Source of the DNA: Dehalococcoidia bacterium
Lineage (GTDB): Bacteria; Chloroflexota; Dehalococcoidia; Lucifugimonadales; UBA3495
Reading direction: 5' to 3'
Assembly (NCBI GenBank): GCA_965203195.1
Contig: OZ241860.1
Span: forward strand, 1,555,362-1,619,361
Length of the DNA: 64,000 nt
The notes beneath the pieces were generated by a model. It did no database searches and was not told the origin of the DNA. It saw only the letters and a program-made list of their open reading frames with translations. Made by a program: the position numbers and the translations under genes. Each line of letters starts with the position of its first letter. Position 1 is the first letter of the stretch. Shown in pieces: positions 1 through 8,192 of this stretch.

Positions 1-162
1 GATGTAGGTCAGGCGGTTGCTGCGCCCGATTTCGTCCGTCCAGAAGCCCAGGTATTTCACGCCGTGCTTGCGGAACAGGCCGCAGGTGTGGTTGGCGAAG
101 CGCCCGCTGATGTCGGGCAGCCGGCCGGCCACGGCGTCGTAAATGCGAAGTTCGTAAAGCAT
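1..162 (-). CDS. NIPSNAP family protein, N-terminal 54 codons (gene runs off the left edge)
   Basis: Reverse-strand ATG at 160-162. Translation MLYELRIYDAVAGRLPDISGRFANHTCGLFRKHGVKYLGFWTDEIGRSNRLTYI fits the NIPSNAP N-terminal pattern. Absent from the ORF track because it is truncated. Confidence 0.55.
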   Translation of the reverse strand, partial: MLYELRIYDAVAGRLPDISGRFANHTCGLFRKHGVKYLGFWTDEIGRSNRLTYI

Positions 163-667
163 TGCCAGTCCTCCTGATTGGGGGCAAACTGATTGGGGCA
201 AACTGATCCGGGGCCGGCGCCGGCCCGCGTCCGTCGCCAGGTTGGGTTGGCGTTCCCGGGTTGGCGCCGGTCTGAACCCGCCCGGCGCCAGCACGGCGGC
301 GCCGGCAGTAGTATAGCGCCGCCGGCGCCGGTAAAATCGGGCCGTCCCGTCCCCAATCCGCCGCCCGGTTCCGGGGCGTAGATTAAGAGTGCGCTGGCGC
401 ATTCCCGTTGCGGCCACAGCCCGCGCCGTCTATCCTGTTCCTGTCAATCTCGGCGCGGCACAGAAACGCCGGCAATGCGGCCCCGTTGAGCCGGGAAATG
501 CTTCGTAGATCAAGGATACCCGGCTACTTGCTGCTGCATTCTATTCTTGGAACCGGACGATTAAACCTGTGGAGGTGTCAAAGTTGAATACCCGCGCAAT
601 TTCCCGTTGGGGATGGCCCCCGCCGGCGTCGTGGCCGAGTGGCTGGTGGCTAGGGAACTGGCGGCGA

Positions 668-1969
668 ATGAACGCCCTGGCCGGCATTGTCGGGGCGGCC
701 GCCCTGATGCTGGTTTTCATTGCTTGCAGCGCGCCGGCGGCGGCCCCGCCGGCGCCGGCCGTAGCCTTGACGCAGCCCCCGCCGGCGGCGCTCAACACGG
801 CAGCTCCGGCCCCGGCGACTACGGGCGGCGGTAGCGGCGCGGCGGAGGCCGCCCCCGACCGGCAGACGGAAGCGCCGACGGCCGCCGTGGCCGCCCGCCC
901 GCCTGATGATGCCCCGGCTGGCCTGAGCGAAGCGGAAATCACCGCCGCCCACGACCGGATAATGACCGGCATCTACGAAACCGCGCTGCCGTCCGTGGTC
1001 GGGCTGCGGATTGTCAAGTCGGTCACCCTCGGCGGCGGCAGCGGCGCGCCGGGGATGATGCCGCCCCGGGATTTCCCGTCCCGCGCCGCCGGCTCCGGTT
1101 TCGTATGGGATGACGACGGGCATATCCTTACCAACCGTCATGTGGTCGCCGATGCCGAGCGGATTCTGGTGACCCTCAGCGATGGCGCGCAGGTGGACGC
1201 CGAAATTGTCGGCGCGGACGCCGATTCCGACCTGGCGATAATACGGATCGCCGATGCCGCTGTCCGTCCGCCGCCCATTGCCCTGGGCGACAGTGATGAC
1301 CTCAAAACGGGGCAGCTGGCGATTGCCATCGGCGACCCGTTTTCCCGCGGTTTTTCAATGACTTCGGGCATTATCAGCGCCGTGGGGCGTACGATCAATC
1401 CCACCGACAGCAACTTTTCCGTGCCGCGCGTCATCCAGCACGATGCCGCCACCAACCCCGGCAATTCCGGCGGGCCGCTGCTCAACCGCGCCGGCGAAGT
1501 GGTTGGCATCAACACGCAGATTATCAGTCAGACCGGCGCTTTTTCCGGGGTTGGCCTGGCCGTGCCGGTCAACCTGGCCAAGCTGGTGGCGCCGGCGCTG
1601 ATTCGCGAGGGGCATTACGAGTATCCCTACATCGGCATTCGGGGGACGACGGTGGGGCCGGACATTGCGCGGGCGATGGGGCTGCCGGCGGATACCCGGG
1701 GCGCGCTGGTGCTGGCGGTGGGTATGGACAGCGCCGCCGAAAGGGGCGGCCTGCGGGCGGCCAGCGCCACTACGGTACTGGACGGCGCAGAGGTGCCTAC
1801 CGGCGGCGACATTATCATCGCCATCAACGGAACGCCGGTGCGTGGGATGGACGATGTGCTGGCTTATGTGGTGGAGAATACACGACCGGGCGACCGGGTA
1901 GAGTTCAGCGTGCTCCGCGACGGCGCGGAAACCTCGGTAAGCGTCACTATGTCCGCGCGCCCCCGGTAG
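668..1969 (+). CDS. HtrA/DegP-type S1C serine protease with C-terminal PDZ domain; probable lipoprotein or secreted
   Basis: ORF 569..1969. Catalytic triad motifs TNRHVV, DLAIIRI, GNSGGPLLN. Start placed at the ATG at 668 (MNALAGIVGAAALMLVFIAC, signal/lipobox-like). Confidence 0.9.
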   Translation: MNALAGIVGAAALMLVFIACSAPAAAPPAPAVALTQPPPAALNTAAPAPATTGGGSGAAEAAPDRQTEAPTAAVAARPPDDAPAGLSEAEITAAHDRIMTGIYETALPSVVGLRIVKSVTLGGGSGAPGMMPPRDFPSRAAGSGFVWDDDGHILTNRHVVADAERILVTLSDGAQVDAEIVGADADSDLAIIRIADAAVRPPPIALGDSDDLKTGQLAIAIGDPFSRGFSMTSGIISAVGRTINPTDSNFSVPRVIQHDAATNPGNSGGPLLNRAGEVVGINTQIISQTGAFSGVGLAVPVNLAKLVAPALIREGHYEYPYIGIRGTTVGPDIARAMGLPADTRGALVLAVGMDSAAERGGLRAASATTVLDGAEVPTGGDIIIAINGTPVRGMDDVLAYVVENTRPGDRVEFSVLRDGAETSVSVTMSARPR

Positions 1970-2027
1970 CGGGCCAGCGCCCGGCGGCGGCGCGGCGACG
2001 GGGCATAATTTCCAGTGCGCGGCCCTG

Positions 2028-2067
2028 AAAAAGCGGGCGGACGACAGAGAATCTGTCGTCCGCCCGC
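2028..2067 (-). terminator. Rho-independent terminator downstream of the tRNA-His/tRNA-Arg pair
   Basis: Perfect 16-bp stem GCGGGCGGACGACAGA / TCTGTCGTCCGCCCGC (2033-2048, 2052-2067). An A5 run at 2028-2032 gives T5 after the hairpin on the minus strand, 16 nt past the tRNA-Arg 3' end. Confidence 0.65.
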
Positions 2068-2083
2068 CTTATGGTATTTCCGC

Positions 2084-2159
2084 TGGCGCGCCTGGCAGGA
2101 CTCGAACCCGCAACCTCTGGGTCCGAAGCCCAGTGCTCTGTCCATTGAGCTACAGGCGC
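2084..2159 (-). tRNA. tRNA-Arg (anticodon TCG)
   Basis: Reverse complement GCGCCTGTAGCTCAATGGACAGAGCACTGGGCTTCGGACCCAGAGGTTGCGGGTTCGAGTCCTGCCAGGCGCGCCA folds as a cloverleaf. Anticodon loop CTTCGGA. CCA is encoded. Confidence 0.9.
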
Positions 2160-2290
2160 CTGTTGCGCGCGCTGTCCGTTGTCTGTCTGTCCGTCCCTCC
2201 GGGGACAAGTGTCCGTCCGGGGACAAGCGCCCCGTTCTGACGCGACTGGCGGCAGGCGACGGCCGGCATAGATGCGATGCGATGGAAAAT

Positions 2291-2368
2291 TGGGGCGAGC
2301 AACGGGATTCGAACCCGTGATCTCCTGTGCCACAGACAGGCGCCTTAGACCACTTGGCTATGCTCGCC
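2291..2368 (-). tRNA. tRNA-His (anticodon GTG) with encoded G-1 and CCA
   Basis: Reverse complement GGCGAGCATAGCCAAGTGGTCTAAGGCGCCTGTCTGTGGCACAGGAGATCACGGGTTCGAATCCCGTTGCTCGCCCCA. Anticodon loop CTGTGGC. The extra 5' G pairs with C73. Confidence 0.9.
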
Positions 2369-2462
2369 GCGCGGGGCATACCGTCAACAGCGCGCCGGAT
2401 GCGTGAATACAGGTTAGCACACGAATGGCGGTTAGCGCAATAGCGCCGGGCGGTCGGTATTT

Positions 2463-2918
2463 TCAGCACGCGCTGGCATCGGATTTTTGGCCCCGCCGCG
2501 GACGCAAACACAGCAATGCCAGCGAGCCGCGCAATACCCATACCTGCTTCGTGTACCCCGTAGTCGCCCGCGCCAATCGCTTCAACCGCCCCCGATACTC
2601 CGAGTGCAATCCCTCATTCCGGTTCGCCAACTTGCCTTTGCCCACGATGTGCCGCTCCGCAGGCAGCCAGCTCCCGTACACCCCGTAGTCATCGCTGTAA
2701 TACCGCTCCGCCTCCGGCAACCTTTCGTACAACCGCAGAAAAGTCTCCCCACTGCGGTCGCCCACCTCAAAGTCCACACACCGCCGACCATCAGGCAACT
2801 CAATCACCGCCGTCCAAATCCACACTTCCTGCCGCTTCTTCCCGCGCCGCGCCCGCTGATAAGTCCACATCTCGTCAAAAGATATGGCTGGCACCATCCC
2901 CAAATCCCCAATGTCCAC
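2463..2918 (-). CDS. IS1-family transposase catalytic part (InsB-like), cut off from its InsA part by the nested IS
   Basis: 151 aa with FDEMWTY..., YSDDYGVY, and NRNEGLHSEYRGRLKRLARATTGYTK, the IS1-type DDE layout. The T6 run at 2924-2929 is an A6 slippery site on the coding strand. Confidence 0.75.
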   Translation of the reverse strand: MDIGDLGMVPAISFDEMWTYQRARRGKKRQEVWIWTAVIELPDGRRCVDFEVGDRSGETFLRLYERLPEAERYYSDDYGVYGSWLPAERHIVGKGKLANRNEGLHSEYRGRLKRLARATTGYTKQVWVLRGSLALLCLRPRRGQKSDASAC

Positions 2919-2946
2919 CGGGCTTTTTTGACCACTCGTACACGGC

Positions 2947-4029
2947 GGTAGCGTTTCGTTTTAGGTGGTTTGGTTGATCAGGCCCTGCTCCTGTAGCAGC
3001 GCCAGCAGGTTGTGCTCCGTCTACACCGTCCCCAGCTTCTCCCGTCGCCGCAACTCCCGATTATGCCGCTCCAATCGCGACGTCGTCCGATGCCTCGCCT
3101 GCCCCGTCGCCAAGTGACGCAGTCCTTTGGACAACGCTTTCTCACATCAGTAACCCGCCGCCCCAGCCGTCTCCCGCATAATTCGCCTTGCCCATTCCCG
3201 ACCCTCCGCCAGACTAGTCGCGTCCAACAGCCGCCGTGCCGCCGCAAATCCCGCCATCCCAATGTTCCTCCGGTACTCCCGCAGCAGCTGATACGCGCAC
3301 AACTGATGCGGCGCCTCCCCGCCATAGACCAGCTCAATCCCCGCCGCGATGGCCCCATCCCCATCGCTGACCAGATGCGCCGGATGCTGCGCCCCCAACT
3401 GCCAGGCCCGGTCAATCACCTCCGCCCAGGAACCGAAAGCACCCAGGGCCGTTCCCGCAGTAGCGTTGCGGATTACCTTCAATTCAGTACGTCCGGTACG
3501 GGTTCGCGTCCACAGGCCATCCATTTCCAGCGTTCCGCCCGGCGGCAACTCCGGCACGGCCAAAGGCGCCTTCCGCAGCCACTGGCAAACCGTACTCTTG
3601 ACGCAGCCTACCCAGTTCCCGGCGCGGGCGTAACTCAATCCCTGCGCGGCCAGGCTGATGGCGATGTCACGGTTTTTTCGGAAAACCGCTGGTGGCGCAT
3701 TTCCTGGCCCAGCAGCGTCATGCCGCCGGCCATACGGCGACACTGCCCGCAGCGGAACACGGGTATCTGCACGCGGACTTCGCCATAACTGGTAGCAATG
3801 GCGCGGGCGTAGCGATGGTGGCGATGCATGGCCAGGCGGCAATGGTCGCAAAGGGGCTGGTAATCGTCCAGGGCCTGTTGGAGGGCGGCTTGCAGTTGGA
3901 CGGGGATTTGGCGTTCCAGTTGGGTTTCCAGGTGGTCCAGCAGTCCCATAGCGGCGCATCTCCGGTAGGGGGTAGGGCGGGCATTGTACCCCCATCTTAT
4001 AACCAAACCACCTAAAACGAAACGCTACC
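2947..4029 (-). mobile_element. Nested 1083-bp IS inside the IS1-family element (copy 1)
   Basis: Perfect 29-bp IRs GGTAGCGTTTCGTTTTAGGTGGTTTGGTT (2947-2975; reverse complement at 4001-4029). 9-bp target duplication GTACACGGC at 2938-2946 and 4030-4038. Confidence 0.85.
2978..4006 (-). pseudogene. Transposase of the nested IS, split over three frames with an in-frame TAG (DDE type, family uncertain)
   Basis: Part 1 (3635..4006) has Cys-rich CDHC...CGQC. It joins part 2 at the A6 run (T6 at 3673-3678), giving HTH NRDIAISLAAQGLSYARAGNW, then EMDGLW and SDGDGAI. The frame breaks again near 3147, followed by TSRLERHNRELRRREKLGTV-TAG-TEHNLLALLQEQGLI. Confidence 0.6.
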
Positions 4030-4281
4030 GTACACGGCGCCCAGCTTGACTTCCAGAACCCGGCTGATGGCGGCTACGGCCATGCCTTCGCCGTACAGAT
4101 CGATGGCCTGTTCTTTGATCTGTTCCGAGTAGTAGTGGCGGTTGCCGTCGGGCGTGAAGCGGTAGTGGCAGAGGCGACAGCGGTAGGTCTGTTTGCCCCG
4201 GGAGCGTCCGTCTTTGGGCAGCCAGTTGGAGCCGCAGTGGGGGCGCTGGAGATCGTCGCGGTAGGAACGGGCGGCGGCCAT
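4012..4281 (-). CDS. IS1-family InsA-like protein (zinc finger plus HTH), C-terminus replaced by read-through into the nested IS
   Basis: MAAARSYRDDLQRPHCGSNW...YRCRLCHYRF...AISRVLEVKLGAVY, then SVSF-stop inside the inner IR. GGAGG lies 7 nt upstream of the ATG at 4281. Confidence 0.7.
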   Translation of the reverse strand: MAAARSYRDDLQRPHCGSNWLPKDGRSRGKQTYRCRLCHYRFTPDGNRHYYSEQIKEQAIDLYGEGMAVAAISRVLEVKLGAVYGSVSF

Positions 4282-4468
4282 GGGATCACCTCCGACAGTG
4301 GCAAAATCCAGCCCCAATCATATCACCAGCACGTGCTAAAAATACCGCTTCGCGCCGGGGTAGCAACTTGCGGGACGATGATGTACAATAGGCTAGCCAA
4401 GCGGCAAAAGTTCCCGTCAGCGCGCCGGGCGGCCCGGCGCGTCTGTCGCCGGAGCGAGTCTGACTTGC

Positions 4469-4559
4469 GGAGAGATGGCCGAGTGGTTGAAGGCGCCGGT
4501 CTCGAAAACCGGTATGCGTCTCTGGCGCATCGCGGGTTCGAATCCCGCTCTCTCCGCCA
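4469..4559 (+). tRNA. tRNA-Ser (anticodon CGA), class II with long variable arm
   Basis: GGAGAGATGGCCGAGTGGTTGAAGGCGCCGGTCTCGAAAACCGGTATGCGTCTCTGGCGCATCGCGGGTTCGAATCCCGCTCTCTCCGCCA. Anticodon loop CTCGAAA. Confidence 0.9.
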
Positions 4560-4706
4560 TACCTTACAGGTACAATGCGCCTAGAGGTCGGCAAGCCGGC
4601 TGCGCCGTTGCCGCACGCTGTCGTTATCGCTGTGGCATTGACATTGCTTGCCACCGCCGCTGTCTTTCCCGGCTTCCAGGCCCGGCTTCCAGGAGTTTTC
4701 GTTCCA

Positions 4707-5312
4707 ATGACTACCCGCGGATTTTTCGGCCGGCACCGGGAGACGCCATCCCGTCCCATCCCGCCCGGCCAGTATCTGGAGCGGGGCTTCCCCGTGCTTA
4801 CCGCCGGCCCCACCCAGCGCATTTCCCTGGAACAGTGGGTCTTCACCCTGGTCGGAGTCGACGGCGAGCCGGTGGCCCAATGGGACTGGCGTCAATTCCT
4901 GGCCCTGCCCCAAACAGAAATCTTTACCGACATCCACTGCGTCACCAAGTGGAGCAAGCTGGACACCACCTGGAAAGGCGTAACCGTTGACGACCTGCTG
5001 GCTGCCGCCGGCATCGCCACGCCGCCGCCCTACCTGATGGCGTTCTCTTATGGCGGTTATACCACCAACCTGCCCACCTGGGATGTGCTGGACGGGCGCG
5101 GGATGGTGGCTTTTGAGTTTGACGGCAAGCCCATTCCGCCGGAACATGGCGGCCCGGCGCGGCTGGTGGTGCCGCATCTCTACTTTTGGAAGTCCGCCAA
5201 ATGGCTGCGGGGCATTCACTTTATGACCGAGGACCGGCCCGGCTTCTGGGAGCAGTACGGCTATCATATGTACGGCGATCCCTGGAAAGAACAGCGCTAC
5301 TGGGGCGACTAG
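4707..5312 (+). CDS. Molybdopterin-dependent (sulfite-oxidase-like) oxidoreductase, short YedY/MsrP-like form
   Basis: ORF 4575..5312. Motifs DIHCVTKWS, GGPARLVVPHLYFWKSAKW. AGGAG lies 11 nt upstream of the ATG at 4707. Confidence 0.75.
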   Translation: MTTRGFFGRHRETPSRPIPPGQYLERGFPVLTAGPTQRISLEQWVFTLVGVDGEPVAQWDWRQFLALPQTEIFTDIHCVTKWSKLDTTWKGVTVDDLLAAAGIATPPPYLMAFSYGGYTTNLPTWDVLDGRGMVAFEFDGKPIPPEHGGPARLVVPHLYFWKSAKWLRGIHFMTEDRPGFWEQYGYHMYGDPWKEQRYWGD

Positions 5313-5419
5313 GGCGGGCCGGCATTTTGCCGCGCTGCCGGGTTTCGGAGGCGGCGCGGCCTCACTTCTTCCGAACTACGGCTGGCGCCGCCGGGCCCGT
5401 TGCCCGCCCAATCGCCACT

Positions 5420-6241
5420 ATGGAAACCTCGCCCCGGCCCGGAATAACGCCAATGCCGCTGCTGGCCTGGCAGACGGCAACGGTGGAGCGCATCGTCGTT
5501 GAAACCTGCCGCGCCCGCACTTTTACCCTCCGCCTGGCCGAACCCCGTCCGTTCCGCGCCGGCCAGCATTGCGATGTGCGTCTCACCGCCCCGGATGGCT
5601 ACCAGGCCCAGCGCTCCTACTCAATAGCCTCCGCGCCCCCGCCGGACGGCAAGCCCGCCGCCCGCATTGACCTCACCATAGAGGTGATTCCCGACGGCGA
5701 AGTATCGCCTTATTTCCACGAAGTCGTCCAACCGGGCGATACTTTTGAAGTGCGCGGCCCCATTGGCGGCCCCTTTGCCTGGGTGCCCGGAGCTGACCGC
5801 AGCCCCCTGCTGCTGCTGGCCGGCGGCTCCGGCATCGTGCCAATTCGTTCCATACTGGCGCACCGGGAGGCCGTGGCCCCGGAAATACCGGCGCTGCTGC
5901 TCTACTCCGCCCGTTCCCCGGAGGACATCATCTACCGGGCGTGGCTGGACTGCCGCCGTCGCATTCGCGCCAATGCCGTCATACGCTATGCCGCGACCCG
6001 CCGGCGGCCCCCCGGCTGGACGGGTTACGCCCGCCGGGTTGACCCGGCGATGCTGCGCGAATGTATCCGCGAGCTGGCTGGCCACGACCCCGGCCACAAT
6101 TACGAGGCCGGCGAGGCAGTATGGCCGCTGTGCTACGCCTGCGGGCCGACCGGATTCGTGGAGGCGGCCGCCGACGCCCTGCTGTCCATCGGCATACCCG
6201 AAGCCAGCATCCGCACCGAACGGTTCGGGCCTACGGGGTAA
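5420..6241 (+). CDS. FNR-like FAD/NAD(P)-binding oxidoreductase (ferredoxin-reductase type), likely partner of the upstream Mo enzyme
   Basis: RSYSIAS (FAD RxYS motif), GGSGIVP (NAD GGxG motif), C-terminal CGPTGF. Start taken at METSP (5420). Confidence 0.8.
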   Translation: METSPRPGITPMPLLAWQTATVERIVVETCRARTFTLRLAEPRPFRAGQHCDVRLTAPDGYQAQRSYSIASAPPPDGKPAARIDLTIEVIPDGEVSPYFHEVVQPGDTFEVRGPIGGPFAWVPGADRSPLLLLAGGSGIVPIRSILAHREAVAPEIPALLLYSARSPEDIIYRAWLDCRRRIRANAVIRYAATRRRPPGWTGYARRVDPAMLRECIRELAGHDPGHNYEAGEAVWPLCYACGPTGFVEAAADALLSIGIPEASIRTERFGPTG

Positions 6242-6264
6242 GCAGCGCCGGACGCGGTTCAACA

Positions 6265-6963
6265 TCAATAGCCGGTGGCGACGCCGGCCAGCCACCGGGC
6301 CAGCGGCAGCGCCGTTGACCACAAAATGCCCGGCCGCAGCACATAATCCGAGGCCACCAGCGCCACCAGCAGCAGCGGCGCAAACCGCTGAAACCGCCGG
6401 TGGGTTTCGCCGGCACCCGCAGGCAGCAGCGCCGCCAGCGCGCGGTAGCCGGCCAATGGCGCCAGCGGCAGCAGCTGGAACACCGCCTGCAACAGGTTGT
6501 AGATGACTAGCAGCCCCAACACATCGGAGGCCCCGGAACGCAGCCCGCCGGTCATTACCAGCGTCAGGCTGTCCGGGGACGGGTAAGTCCAGGTCAGCCA
6601 GCCGCCCTTGAAGGGCGTTGCCAGCAGGAAAGCGATGGTCAGGTTCCCCAGTGGGCCGGCGGCGGCGACGGCTACCGAGGGCCAGCGTCCCTGCCGTCCC
6701 GGTTGGCCCGGCAGCGGACGCCCCCAGCCGAAGCCGCCGGATACCGTGGCCAGCAGCAGCCCCGCCGCGTCCAGCTGCCGCAGAGGGTTGCCGAACAATC
6801 GGCCTTGGGCGCGGGGCGCCGGGTCGCCGAAGGCGGCCGCCGCCACCGCCTGGAACCAGCCGCCGACTCCGGTAGCCAGCGCGGCGGAGATGGCGCACAG
6901 CGCCGCCAGCCGGATGAAAACGCCCGCGTCATCGGGCAGCAGGTTGAAAGATGAAATCAACAT
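6265..6963 (-). CDS. Site-2 protease (M50)-like membrane protein lacking the zinc-binding motifs
   Basis: Family-typical GDPAPRAQGRLFGNPLRQLD...GGFGWGRPLP and NLLQAVFQLLPLAPLAG are present. HExxH is replaced by GGWFQ and the PLDG Asp by Ala. Confidence 0.65.
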   Translation of the reverse strand: MLISSFNLLPDDAGVFIRLAALCAISAALATGVGGWFQAVAAAAFGDPAPRAQGRLFGNPLRQLDAAGLLLATVSGGFGWGRPLPGQPGRQGRWPSVAVAAAGPLGNLTIAFLLATPFKGGWLTWTYPSPDSLTLVMTGGLRSGASDVLGLLVIYNLLQAVFQLLPLAPLAGYRALAALLPAGAGETHRRFQRFAPLLLVALVASDYVLRPGILWSTALPLARWLAGVATGY

Positions 6964-7021
6964 AGGCCGGCGACTATTCTACGCCATCGCCGGCCATTTT
7001 GCCGGCCGCCGGGCGGCCGGG

Positions 7022-8140
7022 TCACTTGAAATGAGGTATCACCTGGTCGGTAAGCAGCCGCATGGTGTTCATCACCACATCGCGCGGCACGGATGAAGTC
7101 CAGTTGACTTCAAACATAATCTCGTCGGTGCTGAAGGCTTCGCGGAGCAGTTCGATCTTGTCCACCACTTCCGCCGGCGTGCCGAACAGGTTCACTTCCT
7201 CGGTGGCGTCCGGGCTGGCGGCGCCGGCGTCGGTGCTGCCGATGCCCACCCGGCCGGCGTAATAGCGGCGGGCCAGGTTCATCAGCGCCGCGGTCTGCCG
7301 GGTAGCCTCCTCTTCCGTAGCCGCTACCAGCGTAGGGATGCGGACTACGGTGGTCGGGTCGCCGGGGTGTCCGGCGTCCATCCAAGCCTGGCGGTAGCTC
7401 TTGACATCCTCGCGCAGGATGGCGGAGCCGCGCAGGTTGTGAGGCGAGCTGCCGGCGCCGATGGCGATGCGGTAGCCCTTTTCGCCCATCGGCACGAAAC
7501 TTTCCTGGCTGTCCACCGGCAGCAGCATCGGCGGGTAGGGCTTCTGGTAGGGCTTGGGGATGGCCAGATAGGGTTCGTAGAACGCCGGGTAGTTGTAGTA
7601 CCGGCCCTCAAACCCGGAGAAATGCTCCTCCGTCCAGAGCTGCTTCATCACTTCCAGGAATTCAAAGAACGAATCCCGCCGCGCGTCGGAACCCCGGGAA
7701 CGGGCCCCGGCGCCGTAGATGAACCGCCCCTGGCTGACCTGGTCGACGATGGACACCTGCTCGGCGACCTGAAAGGGGTCATCCAGCTGCAAGTTGTCAA
7801 AGGCGTATCTTTCGTGGGGCAGCGCCCTTTCCGACAGGGCCTCGCCGGGCAGTTTCATCACCGGGCGGTGGATGGACGAGCCGATTTTGATGCGGTTGGT
7901 GCGCTCGGCCAGCACGGCCGCCAGCATCAGCACCTGCGGGTCCATACTGGCCTGCTTGGAGAAGTGGCCGCCGCCGAGCCATACATAGTCCCAGCCCATT
8001 TCCTCCACGGCGTCAATTTCGGCGTAGTTTTGGGCGTAAGCGTCCTCCTCCAGCAGCCGGCCGCCCCGGTAGTCGGCGTCCCACGGCACCTTGCCGCCGT
8101 CGTACAGCGCGTTCCAGGTATTGAAAAGTCCGAAGTCCAT
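7022..8140 (-). CDS. LLM-class (luciferase-like) flavin-dependent oxidoreductase
   Basis: ORF 7022..8272. Start at MDFGLFN (ATG at 8140, GGAGG upstream). Typical LLM layout: GWDYVWLGGGHF, NRIKIGSSI, GRFIYGAGA. Confidence 0.8.
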   Translation of the reverse strand: MDFGLFNTWNALYDGGKVPWDADYRGGRLLEEDAYAQNYAEIDAVEEMGWDYVWLGGGHFSKQASMDPQVLMLAAVLAERTNRIKIGSSIHRPVMKLPGEALSERALPHERYAFDNLQLDDPFQVAEQVSIVDQVSQGRFIYGAGARSRGSDARRDSFFEFLEVMKQLWTEEHFSGFEGRYYNYPAFYEPYLAIPKPYQKPYPPMLLPVDSQESFVPMGEKGYRIAIGAGSSPHNLRGSAILREDVKSYRQAWMDAGHPGDPTTVVRIPTLVAATEEEATRQTAALMNLARRYYAGRVGIGSTDAGAASPDATEEVNLFGTPAEVVDKIELLREAFSTDEIMFEVNWTSSVPRDVVMNTMRLLTDQVIPHFK

Positions 8141-8192
8141 TTTGCCCCTCCGTCCGCGCAGACGCCGGCGTGGCGTCTGCGCCGGCATTGTG

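Larger units (their letters stand above)
2456..4346 (-). mobile_element. Composite insertion sequence, copy 1: IS1-family element interrupted by a second IS
   Basis: Terminal inverted repeats GGTATTTTCAGCACGCGCTGG (2456-) and ...CCAGCACGTGCTAAAAATACC (-4346). InsA-like and InsB-like ORFs. Collinear with 42876-44766 at a constant offset of 40420. Confidence 0.85.

Noticed and set aside
193-567. ORFs 57..356(-) and 193..381(+) upstream of the HtrA-like gene.
   Set aside because: They are mutually overlapping, Pro/Arg/Gly-rich, and lack an SD. The region is treated as intergenic.
2160-2290. Direct repeat GTCCGTCC(CTCC)GGGGACAAG x2 between tRNA-Arg and tRNA-His as a functional element.
   Set aside because: These are short hairpin-forming spacer sequences, plausibly just tRNA-processing context. 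There is nothing further to support a distinct feature.
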